A stretch of 64,000 bases of DNA. It comes from Eledone cirrhosa (taxonomy: Eukaryota). The position numbers and the translations under genes were made by a program. Positions 46,401 through 60,800 of the stretch are shown here, piece after piece. Position 1 is the first letter of the stretch. Each line of letters starts with the position of its first letter. The stretch is taken from the NCBI GenBank assembly GCA_964016885.1, contig OZ024740.1:41540001-41604000 (forward strand), in the 5' to 3' direction. The notes below the pieces were generated by a model. The model worked only from the letters and a program-made list of their open reading frames with translations. It was not told where the DNA came from and made no database searches.

Positions 46401-49400
46401 CTCCATGTTTCAGATATAACTCCATGTTTCAGATATAACTCCATGTTTCAGTTATAAGTCCATGTTTGAGATATAACTCCATGTATCAGATATAACTCCA
46501 TATTTCAGATATAACTCCATCTTTCATATATAACTCCATGTTTCAGATATAACTCCATCTTTCAGATATAACTCTATGTTTCAGATATAACTCCATATTT
46601 CAGATATTACTCCATGTTTCAGATGTAACTCCATGTTTCAGATATAACTCCATCTTTCAGATATATCTCTATGATTCATATATAACTCCATCTTTCAGAT
46701 ATAACTCCATGTTTCAGATACAACTCCATGTTTCAGATATAACTCCATCTTTCAGATATAACCCCATCTTTCAGATATAACTCAACCTTTCAGATATAAC
46801 TCCATCTTTCAGATATAACTCCATCTTTCAGATATAACTCCATCTTTCAGATATAACTCAACTTTTCAGATATAACTCCATCTTTCAGATATAACTCCAT
46901 GTTTTCAGATATAACTCCATCTTTCAGATATAACTCCATCTTTCAGATATAACTCAACCTTTCAGATATAACTCCATCTTTCAGATATAACTCCATCTTT
47001 CAGATATAACTCCATCTTTCAGATATAACTCAACTTTTCAGATATAACTCCATCTTTCAGATATAACTCCATGTTTTCAGATATAACTCCATATTTCAGA
47101 TATAACTCCATCTTTCATATATAACTCCCTGTTTCAGATATAACTCCATCTTTCATATATAACTCCCTGTTTCAGATATAACTCCATGTTTCAGATATAA
47201 CTCCATGTTTCAGACATAACTCCATGTTTCAGATATATCTCCATCTTTCAGATATAACTCCATGTTTCAGATATAACTCCATCTTTCAGATATAACTCCA
47301 TGTTTTCAGATATAACTCCATGTTTCAGATACAACTCCATGTTTCAGATATAACTCCATCTTTCAGATATAACTCAACCTTTCAGATATAACTCCATGTT
47401 TCAGATATAACTCCATCTTTCATATATAACTCCATGTTTCAGATATAACTCCATGTTTTAGATATAACTCCCTGTTTCAGATATAACTCCATGTATCAGA
47501 TATAACTCCATGTTTCAGATATAACTCCATCTTTCAGATATAACTCCATGTTTCAGATATAACTCCATGTTTCAGATATAACTCCATGTTTCAGATATAA
47601 CTCCATGTTTCAGTTATAACTCCATGTTTGAGATATAACTCCATGTATCAGATATAACTGCATATTTCAGATATAACTCCATCTTTCATATATAACTCCA
47701 TGTTTCAGATATAACTCCATCTTTCAGATATAACTCCATGTTTCAGATATAACTCCATATTTCAGATATTACTCCATGTTTCAGATGTAACTCCATGTTT
47801 CAGATATAACTCCATCTTTCAGATATAACTCTATGATTCATATATAACTCCATCTTTCAGATATAACTCCATGTTTCAGATACAACTCCATGTTTCAGAT
47901 ATAACTCCATCTTTCAGATATAACTCCATCTTTCAGATATAACTCAACCTTTCAGATATAACTCCATCTTTCAGATATAACTCCATCTTTCAGATATAAC
48001 TCCATCTTTCAGATATAACTCCCTGTTTCAGATATAACTCCATGTTTCAGATATAACTCCCTGTTTCAGATATAACTCCATGTTTCAGATATAACTCCAT
48101 CTTTCAGATATAACTCCATCTTTCAGATATAACTCCATCTTTCAGATATAACTCCATCTTTCAGATATGACTCCATGTTTCAGATATAACTCCATCTTTC
48201 AGATATAACTCCCTGTTTCAGATATAACTCCATGTTTCAGATATAACTCCCTGTCTCAGATATAACTCCATGTTTCATATACAACTCCATGTTTCAGATA
48301 TAACTCCATCTTTCAGATATAACTCTATCTTTCAGATATAACTCCATGTTATCAGATATAACTCCATGTTTCAGATATAACTCCATGTTTCAGATATAAC
48401 TCCATGTTTTCAGATATAACTCCATATTTCAGATATAACTCCATCTTTCATATATAACTCCCTGTTTCAGATATAACTCCATGTTTCAGATATAACTCCA
48501 TGTTTCAGACATAACTCCATGTTTCAGATATAACTCCATGTTTCAGATATAACTCCATCTTTTAGATATAACTCCCTGTTTCAGATATAACTCCATCTTT
48601 CAGATATAACTCTATCTTTCAGATATAACTCCATGTTTTCAAATATAACTCCATGTTTCAGATATAACTACATGTTTCAGATATAACTCCATGTTTTCAG
48701 ATATAACTCCATATTTCAGATATAACTCCATCTTTCATATATAACTACCTGTTTCAGATATAACTCCACGTTTCAGATATAACTCCATGTTTCAGACATA
48801 ACTCCATGTTTCAGATATATCTCCATCTTTCAGATATAACTCCATGTTTCAGATTTAACTCCATCTTTCAGATATAACTCCATGTTTCAGATATAACTCC
48901 ATGTTTCAGATATAACTCCATCTTTCAGATATAACTCCATGTTTCAGATATAACTCCATGTTTCAGATATAACTCCATCTTTCAGAAAACTCCCTGTTTT
49001 AGATATAACTCCATATTTCAGATATTACTCCATGTTTCAGATATAACTCCATCTTTCAGATATAACTCCATCTTTCAGATATAACTCCATGTTTCAGATA
49101 TAACTCCATCTTTCAGATATAACTCCATGTTTCAGATACAACTCCATTTTTCAGATATAACTCCATCTTTCAGATATAACTCCATCTTTCAGATATAACT
49201 CAACTTTTCAGATATAACTCCATCTTTCAGATATAACTCCATCTTTCAGATATAATTCCATCTTTCAGATATAACTCCCTGTTTCAGATATAACTCCCTG
49301 TTTCAGATATAACTCCATGTAACAGATATAACTCCATGTTTCAGATATAACTCCATCTTTCAGATATAACTCCATGTTTCAGATATAACTCCATGTTTCA

Positions 49401-52400
49401 GATATAACTCCATGTTTCAGATATAACTCCATGTTTCAGTTATAACTCCATCTTTCAGATATAACTCCATGTTTCAGATATAACTCCATCTTTCAGATAT
49501 AACTCCATGTTTCAGATATAACTCCATGTTTCAGATATAACTCCATCTTTCAGATATAACTCCATGTTTCAGATATAACTCCATGTTTCAGATATAACCC
49601 CATCTTTCAGATAACTCACTGTTTTAGATATAACTCCATATTTCAGATATTACTCCATCTTTCAGATATAACTCCATCTTTCAGATATAACTCCATCTTT
49701 CAGATATAACTCCATGTTTCAGATATAACTCCATCTTTCAGATATAACTCCATGTTTCAGATACAACTCCATGTTTCAGATATAACTCCATCTTTCAGAT
49801 ATAACTCAACCTTTCAGATATAACTCCATCTTTCAGATATAACTCCCTCTTTCAGATATAACTCTATCTTTCAGATATAACTCCCTGTTTCAGATATAAC
49901 TCCATGTTTCAGATATAACTCCATATTTCCGACATAACTCCATCTTTCAGATATAACTCCATGTTTCAGATATAACTCCATCTTTCAGATATAACTCCCT
50001 GTTTCAGCTATAACTCCATGTTTCAAATATAACTCCATCTTTCAGATATAACTCCCTGTTTCAGATATAACTCCATGTTTCAGATATAACTCCATGTTTC
50101 AGATATAACTCCATCTTTCAGATATAACTCCCTGTTTCAGATATAACTCCATCTTTCAGATATAACTCTATCTTTCAGATATAACTCCATGTTTTCAGAT
50201 ATAACTCCATGTTTCAGATATAACTCCATGTTTCAGATATAACTCCATGTTTTCAGATATAACTCCATCTTTCAGATATAACTCCCTGTTTCAGATATAA
50301 CTCCATGTTTCAGATATAACTCCATGTTTCAGACATAACTCCATGTTTCAGATATATCTCCATCTTTCAGATATAACTCCATGTTTCAGATATAACTCCA
50401 TCTTTCAGATACAACTCCATGTTTCAGATATAACTCCATCTTTCAGATATAACTCAACCTTTCAGATATAACTCCATGTTTCAGATATAACTCCATCTTT
50501 CATATATAACTCCATGTTTCAGATATAACTCCATGTTTCAGATATAACTCCCTGTTTCAGATATAACTCCATGTATCAGATATAACTCCATGTTTCAGAT
50601 ATAACTCCATCTTTCAGATATAACTCCATGTTTCAGATATAACTCCATGTTTCAGATATAACTCCATGTTTCAGATATAACTCCATGTTTCAGTTATAAC
50701 TCCATGTTTGAGATATAACTCCATGTATCAGATATAACTCCATATTTCAGATATAACTCCATCTTTCATATATAACTCCATGTTTCAGATATAACTCCAT
50801 CTTTCAGATATAACTCCATGTTTCAGATATAACTCCATATTTCAGATATTACTCCATGTTTCAGATGTAACTCCATGTTTCAGATATAACTCCATCTTTC
50901 AGATATATCTCTATGATTCATATATAACTCCATCTTTCAGATATAACTCCATGTTTCAGATACAACTCCATGTTTCAGATATAACTCCATCTTTCAGATA
51001 TAACTCCATCTTTCAGATATAACTCAACCTTTCAGATATAACTCCATCTTTCAGATATAACTCCATCTTTCAGATATAACTCCATCTTTCAGATATAGCT
51101 CCCTGTTTCAGATATAACTCCATGTTTCAGATATAACTCCCTGTTTCAGATATAACTCCATCTTTCAGATATAACTCCATCTTTCAGATATAACTCCATC
51201 TTTCAGATATAACTCCATCTTTCAGATATAACTCCATCTTTCAGATATAACTCCATGTTTCAGATGTAACTCCATCTTTCAGATATAACTCCCTGTTTCA
51301 GATATAACTCCATGTTTCAGATATAACTCCCTGTCTCAGATATAACTCCATGTTTCATATACAACTCCATGTTTCAGATATAACTCCATGTTTCAGATAT
51401 AACTCTATCTTTCAGATATAACTCCATGTTTTCAGATATAACTCCATGTCTCAGATATAACTCCATGTTTCAGATATAACTCCATGTTTTCAGATATAAC
51501 TCCATATTTCAGATATAACTCCATCTTTCATATATAACTCCCTGTTTCACATATAACTCCATGTTTCAGATATAACTCCATGTTTCAGACATAACTCCAT
51601 GTTTCAGATATAACTCCATGTTTCAGATATAACTCCATCTTTCAGATATAACTCCCTGTTTCAGATATAACTCCATCTTTCAGATATAACTCTATCTTTC
51701 AGATATAACTCCATGTTTTCAAATATAACTCCATGTTTCAGATATAACTCCCTGTTTCAGATATAACTCCATGTTTTCAGATATAACTCCATATTTCAGA
51801 TATAACTCCATCTTTCATATATAACTACCTGTTTCAGATATAACTCCACGTTTCAGATATAACTCCATGTTTCAGACATAACTCCATGTTTCAGATATAT
51901 CTCCATCTTTCAGATATAACTCCATGTTTCAGATTTAACTCCATCTTTCAGATATAACTCCATGTTTCAGATATAACTCCATGTTTCAGATATAACTCCA
52001 TCTTTCAGATATAACTCCATGTTTCAGATATAACTCCATGTTTCAGATATAACTCCATCTTTCAGAAAACTCCCTGTTTTAGATATAACTCCATATTTCA
52101 GATATTACTCCATGTTTCAGATATAACTCCATCTTTCAGATATAACTCCATCTTTCAGATATAACTCCATGTTTCAGATATAACTCCATCTTTCAGATAT
52201 AACTCCATGTTTCAGATACAACTCCATGTTTCAGATATAACTCCATCTTTCAGATATAACTCCATCTTTCAGATATAACTCAACTTTTCAGATATAACTC
52301 CATCTTTCAGATATAACTCCATGTTTTCAGATATAACTCCATATTTCAGATATAACTCCATCTTTCATATATAACTCCCTGTTTCAGATATAACTCCATC

Positions 52401-55400
52401 TTTCATATATAACTCCCTGTTTCAGATATAACTCCATGTTTCAGATATAACTCCATGTTTCAGACATAACTCCATGTTTCAGATATATCTCCATCTTTCA
52501 GATATAACTCCATGTTTCAGATATAACTCCATCTTTCAGATATAACTCCATGTTTTCAGATATAACTCCATGTTTCAGATACAACTCCATGTTTCAGATA
52601 TAACTCCATCTTTCAGATATAACTCAACCTTTCAGATATAACTCCATGTTTCAGATATAACTCCATCTTTCATATATAACTCCATGTTTCAGATATAACT
52701 CCATGTTTCAGATATAACTCCCTGTTTCAGATATAACTCCATGTATCAGATATAACTCCATGTTTCAGATATAACTCCATGTTTCAGATATAACTCCATC
52801 TTTCAGATATAACTCCATGTTTCAGATATAACTCCATGTTTCAGATATAACCCCATCTTTCAGATAACTCACTGTTTTAGATATAACTCCATATTTCAGA
52901 TATTACTCCATCTTTCAGATATAACTCCATCTTTCAGATATAACTCCATCTTTCAGATATAACTCCATGTTTCAGATATAACTCCATCTTTCAGATATAA
53001 CTCCATGTTTCAGATACAACTCCATGTTTCAGATATAACTCCATCTTTCAGATATAACTCAACCTTTCAGATATAACTCCATCTTTCAGATATAACTCCC
53101 TCTTTCAGATATAACTCTATCTTTCAGATATAACTCCCTGTTTCAGATATAACTCCATGTTTCAGATATAACTCCATATTTCCGACATAACTCCATCTTT
53201 CAGATATAACTCCATGTTTCAGATATAACTCCATCTTTCAGATATAACTCCCTGTTTCAGCTATAACTCCATGTTTCAAATATAACTCCATCTTTCAGAT
53301 ATAACTCCCTGTTTCAGATATAACTCCATGTTTCAGATATAACTCCATGTTTCAGATATAACTCCATCTTTCAGATATAACTCCCTGTTTCAGATATAAC
53401 TCCATCTTTCAGATATAACTCTATCTTTCAGATATAACTCCATGTTTTCAGATATAACTCCATGTTTCAGATATAACTCCATGTTTCAGATATAACTCCA
53501 TGTTTTCAGATATAACTCCATATTTCAGATATAACTCCATCTTTCATATATAACTCCCTGTTTCAGATATAACTCCATCTTTCATATATAACTCCCTGTT
53601 TCAGATATAACTCCATGTTTCACATATAACTCCATGTTTCAGACATAACTCCATGTTTCAGATATATCTCCATCTTTCAGATATAACTCCATGTTTCAGA
53701 TATAACTCCATCTTTCAGATATAACTCCATGTTTTCAGATATAACTCCATGTTTCAGATACAACTCCATGTTTCAGATATAACTCCATCTTTCAGATATA
53801 ACTCAACCTTTCAGATATAACTCCATGTTTCAGATATAACTCCATCTTTCATATATAACTCCATGTTTCAGATATAACTCCATGTTTCAGATATAACTCC
53901 CTGTTTCAGATATAACTTCATGTATCAGATATAACTCCATGTTTCAGATATAACTCCATGTTTCAGATATAACTCCATGTTTCAGTTATAAGTCCATGTT
54001 TGAGATATAACTCCATGTATCATATATAACTCCATATTTCAGATATAACTCCATCTTTCATATATAACTCCATGTTTCAGATATAACTCCATCTTTCAGA
54101 TATAACTCCATGTTTCAGATATAACTCCATATTTCAGATATTACTCCATGTTTCAGATGTAACTCCATGTTTCAGATATAACTCCATCTTTCAGATATAT
54201 CTCTATGATTCATATATAACTCCATCTTTCAGATATAACTCCATGTTTCAGATACAACTCCATGTTTCAGATATAACTCCATCTTTCAGATATAACTCCA
54301 TCTTTCAGATATAACTCAACCTTTCAGATATAACTCCATCTTTCAGATATAACTCCATGTTTCAGATATAACTCCATCTTTCAGATATAACTCCCTGTTT
54401 CAGATATAACTCCATGTTTCAGATATAACTCCCTGTTTCAGATATAACTCCATGTTTCAGATATAACTCCATCTTTCAGATATAACTCCATCTTTCAGAT
54501 ATAACTCCATCTTTCAGATATAACTCCATCTTTCAGATATAACTCCATGTTTCAGATATAACTCCCTGTCTCAGATATAACTCCATGTTTCATATACAAC
54601 TCCATGTTTCAGATATAACTCCATCTTTCAGATATAACTCTATCTTTCAGATATAACTCCATGTTTTCAGATATAACTCCATGTTTCAGATATAACTCCA
54701 TGTTTCAGATATAACTCCATGTTTTCAGATATAACTCCATATTTCAGATATAACTCCATCTTTCATATATAACTCCCTGTTTCAGATATAACTCCATGTT
54801 TCAGATATAACTCCATGTTTCAGATACAACTCCATGTTTCAGATATAACTCCATCTTTCAGATATAACTCAACCTTTCAGATATAACTCCATGTTTCAGA
54901 TATAACTCCATCTTTCATATATAACTCCATGTTTCAGATATAACTCCATGTTTCAGATATAACTCCCTGTTTCAGATATAACTTCATGTATCAGATATAA
55001 CTCCATGTTTCAGATATAACTCCATGTTTCAGATATAACTCCATGTTTCAGTTATAAGTCCATGTTTGAGATATAACTCCATGTATCAGATATAACTCCA
55101 TATTTCAGATATAACTCCATCTTTCATATATAACTCCATGTTTCAGATATAACTCCATCTTTCAGATATAACTCCATGTTTCAGATATAACTCCATATTT
55201 CAGATATTACTCCATGTTTCAGATGTAACTCCATGTTTCAGATATAACTCCATCTTTCAGATATATCTCTATGATTCATATATAACTCCATCTTTCAGAT
55301 ATAACTCCATGTTTCAGATACAACTCCATGTTTCAGATATAACTCCATCTTTCAGATATAACCCCATCTTTCAGATATAACTCAACCTTTCAGATATAAC

Positions 55401-57897
55401 TCCATCTTTCAGATATAACTCCATCTTTCAGATATAACTCCATCTTTCAGATATAACTCAACTTTTCAGATATAACTCCATCTTTCAGATATAACTCCAT
55501 GTTTTCAGATATAACTCCATCTTTCAGATATAACTCCATCTTTCAGATATAACTCAACCTTTCAGATATAACTCCATCTTTCAGATATAACTCCATCTTT
55601 CAGATATAACTCCATCTTTCAGATATAACTCAACTTTTCAGATATAACTCCATCTTTCAGATATAACTCCATGTTTTCAGATATAACTCCATATTTCAGA
55701 TATAACTCCATCTTTCATATATAACTCCCTGTTTCAGATATAACTCCATCTTTCATATATAACTCCCTGTTTCAGATATAACTCCATGTTTCAGATATAA
55801 CTCCATGTTTCAGACATAACTCCATGTTTCAGATATATCTCCATCTTTCAGATATAACTCCATGTTTCAGATATAACTCCATCTTTCAGATATAACTCCA
55901 TGTTTTCAGATATAACTCCATGTTTCAGATACAACTCCATGTTTCAGATATAACTCCATCTTTCAGATATAACTCAACCTTTCAGATATAACTCCATGTT
56001 TCAGATATAACTCCATCTTTCATATATAACTCCATGTTTCAGATATAACTCCATGTTTTAGATATAACTCCCTGTTTCAGATATAACTCCATGTATCAGA
56101 TATAACTCCATGTTTCAGATATAACTCCATCTTTCAGATATAACTCCATGTTTCAGATATAACTCCATGTTTCAGATATAACTCCATGTTTCAGATATAA
56201 CTCCATGTTTCAGTTATAACTCCATGTTTGAGATATAACTCCATGTATCAGATATAACTGCATATTTCAGATATAACTCCATCTTTCATATATAACTCCA
56301 TGTTTCAGATATAACTCCATCTTTCAGATATAACTCCATGTTTCAGATATAACTCCATATTTCAGATATTACTCCATGTTTCAGATGTAACTCCATGTTT
56401 CAGATATAACTCCATCTTTCAGATATAACTCTATGATTCATATATAACTCCATCTTTCAGATATAACTCCATGTTTCAGATACAACTCCATGTTTCAGAT
56501 ATAACTCCATCTTTCAGATATAACTCCATCTTTCAGATATAACTCAACCTTTCAGATATAACTCCATCTTTCAGATATAACTCCATCTTTCAGATATAAC
56601 TCCATCTTTCAGATATAACTCCCTGTTTCAGATATAACTCCATGTTTCAGATATAACTCCCTGTTTCAGATATAACTCCATGTTTCAGATATAACTCCAT
56701 CTTTCAGATATAACTCCATCTTTCAGATATAACTCCATCTTTCAGATATAACTCCATCTTTCAGATATGACTCCATGTTTCAGATATAACTCCATCTTTC
56801 AGATATAACTCCCTGTTTCAGATATAACTCCATGTTTCAGATATAACTCCCTGTCTCAGATATAACTCCATGTTTCATATACAACTCCATGTTTCAGATA
56901 TAACTCCATCTTTCAGATATAACTCTATCTTTCAGATATAACTCCATGTTATCAGATATAACTCCATGTTTCAGATATAACTCCATGTTTCAGATATAAC
57001 TCCATGTTTTCAGATATAACTCCATATTTCAGATATAACTCCATCTTTCATATATAACTCCCTGTTTCAGATATAACTCCATGTTTCAGATATAACTCCA
57101 TGTTTCAGACATAACTCCATGTTTCAGATATAACTCCATGTTTCAGATATAACTCCATCTTTTAGATATAACTCCCTGTTTCAGATATAACTCCATCTTT
57201 CAGATATAACTCTATCTTTCAGATATAACTCCATGTTTTCAAATATAACTCCATGTTTCAGATATAACTACATGTTTCAGATATAACTCCATGTTTTCAG
57301 ATATAACTCCATATTTCAGATATAACTCCATCTTTCATATATAACTACCTGTTTCAGATATAACTCCACGTTTCAGATATAACTCCATGTTTCAGACATA
57401 ACTCCATGTTTCAGATATATCTCCATCTTTCAGATATAACTCCATGTTTCAGATTTAACTCCATCTTTCAGATATAACTCCATGTTTCAGATATAACTCC
57501 ATGTTTCAGATATAACTCCATCTTTCAGATATAACTCCATGTTTCAGATATAACTCCATGTTTCAGATATAACTCCATCTTTCAGAAAACTCCCTGTTTT
57601 AGATATAACTCCATATTTCAGATATTACTCCATGTTTCAGATATAACTCCATCTTTCAGATATAACTCCATCTTTCAGATATAACTCCATGTTTCAGATA
57701 TAACTCCATCTTTCAGATATAACTCCATGTTTCAGATACAACTCCATTTTTCAGATATAACTCCATCTTTCAGATATAACTCCATCTTTCAGATATAACT
57801 CAACTTTTCAGATATAACTCCATCTTTCAGATATAACTCCATCTTTCAGATATAATTCCATCTTTCAGATATAACTCCCTGTTTCAGATATAACTCC
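41612..57897 (+). repeat. Large direct duplication, about 7.7 kb at offset 8600 bp (41612-49297 and 50212-57897)
   Basis: Markers at +8600: CTCTATGA 42309/50909, TATAACTTCA 45311/53911, GATATAACTG 47651/56251, TCAGATATGA 48161/56761, GATATAACTA 48661/57261. Confidence 0.92.
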
Positions 57898-60800
57898 ATG
57901 TTTCAGATATAACTCCCTGTTTCAGATATAACTCCATGTTTCAGATATAACTCCATCTTTCAGATATAACTCCATCTTTCAGATATAACTCCATGTTTCA
58001 GATATTAATCGATCTTTCAGATATAACTCCCTGTTTCAGATATTACTCCATGTTTCAGATATAACTCCATCTTTCAGATATAACTCCATGTTTCAGATAT
58101 AACTCCATGTTTCAGATATAACTACATCTTTCAGATATAACTCCATGTTTCAGATATAACTCCATGTTTCAGATATAACTCCATGTTTTCAGATATAACT
58201 CCATATTTCAGATATAACTCCATCTTTCATATATAACTCCCTGTTTCAGATATAACTCCATGTTTCAGATATAACTCCATGTTTCAGACATAACTCCATG
58301 TTTCAGATATAACTCCATGTTTCAGATATAACTCCATCTGTCAGATATAACTCCCTGTTTCAGATATAACTCCATCTTTCAGATATAACTCTATCTTTCA
58401 GATTTAACTCCATGTTTTCAAATATAACTCCATGTTTCAGATATAACTCCATGTTTCAGATATAACTCCATGTTTTCAGATATAACTCCATGTTTCAGAT
58501 ATAACTCCATGTTTTCAGATATAACTCCATATTTCAGATATAACTCCATCTTTCATATATAACTCCCTGTTTCAGATATAACTCCATCTTTCATATATAA
58601 CTCCCTGTTTCAGATATAACTCCATGTTTCACATATAACTCCATGTTTCAGACATAACTCCATGTTTCAGATATATCTCCATCTTTCAGATATAACTCCA
58701 TGTTTCAGATATAACTCCATCTTTCAGATATAACTCCATGTTTTCAGATATAACTCCATGTTTCAGATACAACTCCATGTTTCAGATATAACTCCATCTT
58801 TCAGATATAACTCAACCTTTCAGATATAACTCCATGTTTCAGATATAACTCCATCTTTCATATATAACTCCATGTTTCAGATATAACTCCATGTTTCAGA
58901 TATAACTCCCTGTTTCAGATATAACTTCATGTATCAGATATAACTCCATGTTTCAGATATAACTCCATGTTTCAGATATAACTCCATGTTTCAGTTATAA
59001 GTCCATGTTTGAGATATAACTCCATGTATCATATATAACTCCATATTTCAGATATAACTCCATCTTTCATATATAACTCCATGTTTCAGATATAACTCCA
59101 TCTTTCAGATATAACTCCATGTTTCAGATATAACTCCATATTTCAGATATTACTCCATGTTTCAGATGTAACTCCATGTTTCAGATATAACTCCATCTTT
59201 CAGATATATCTCTATGATTCATATATAACTCCATCTTTCAGATATAACTCCATGTTTCAGATACAACTCCATGTTTCAGATATAACTCCATCTTTCAGAT
59301 ATAACTCCATCTTTCAGATATAACTCAACCTTTCAGATATAACTCCATCTTTCAGATATAACTCCATGTTTCAGATATAACTCCATCTTTCAGATATAAC
59401 TCCCTGTTTCAGATATAACTCCATGTTTCAGATATAACTCCCTGTTTCAGATATAACTCCATGTTTCAGATATAACTCCATCTTTCAGATATAACTCCAT
59501 CTTTCAGATATAACTCCATCTTTCAGATATAACTCCATCTTTCAGATATAACTCCATGTTTCAGATATAACTCCATCTTTCAGATATAACTCCCTGTTTC
59601 AGATATAAATCCATGTTTCAGATATAACTCCCTGTCTCAGATATAACTCCATGTTTCATATACAACTCCATGTTTCAGATATAACTCCATCTTTCAGATA
59701 TAACTCTATCTTTCAGATATAACTCCATGTTTTCAGATATAACTCCATGTTTCAGATATAACTCCATGTTTCAGATATAACTCCATGTTTTCAGATATAA
59801 CTCCATATTTCAGATATAACTCCATCTTTCATATATAACTCCCTGTTTCAGATATAACTCCATGTTTCAGATATAACTCCATGTTTCAGATACAACTCCA
59901 TGTTTCAGATATAACTCCATGTTTCAGATATAACTCAACCTTTCAGATATAACTCCATGTTTCAGATATAACTCCATCTTTCATATATAACTCCATGTTT
60001 CAGATATAACTCCATGTTTCAGATATAACTCCCTGTTTCAGATATAACTTCATGTATCAGATATAACTCCATGTTTCAGATATAACTCCATGTTTCAGAT
60101 ATAACTCCATGTTTCAGTTATAAGTCCATGTTTGAGATATAACTCCATGTATCAGATATAACTCCATATTTCAGATATAACTCCATCTTTCATATATAAC
60201 TCCATGTTTCAGATATAACTCCATCTTTCAGATATAACTCCATGTTTCAGATATAACTCCATATTTCAGATATTACTCCATGTTTCAGATGTAACTCCAT
60301 GTTTCAGATATAACTCCATCTTTCAGATATATCTCTATGATTCATATATAACTCCATCTTTCAGATATAACTCCATGTTTCAGATACAACTCCATGTTTC
60401 AGATATAACTCCATCTTTCAGATATAACTCCATCTTTCAGATATAACTCAACATTTCAGATATAACTCCATCTTTCAGATATAACTCCATCTTTCAGATA
60501 TAACTCCATCTTTCAGATATAACTCAACTTTTCAGATATAACTCCATCTTTCAGATATAACTCCATGTTTTCAGATATAACTCCATCTTTCAGATATAAC
60601 TCCATCTTTCAGATATAACTCAACCTTTCAGATATAACTCCATCTTTCAGATATAACTCCATCTTTCAGATATAACTCCATCTTTCAGATATAACTCAAC
60701 TTTTCAGATATAACTCCATCTTTCAGATATAACTCCATGTTTTCAGATATAACTCCATATTTCAGATATAACTCCATCTTTCATATATAACTCCCTGTTT

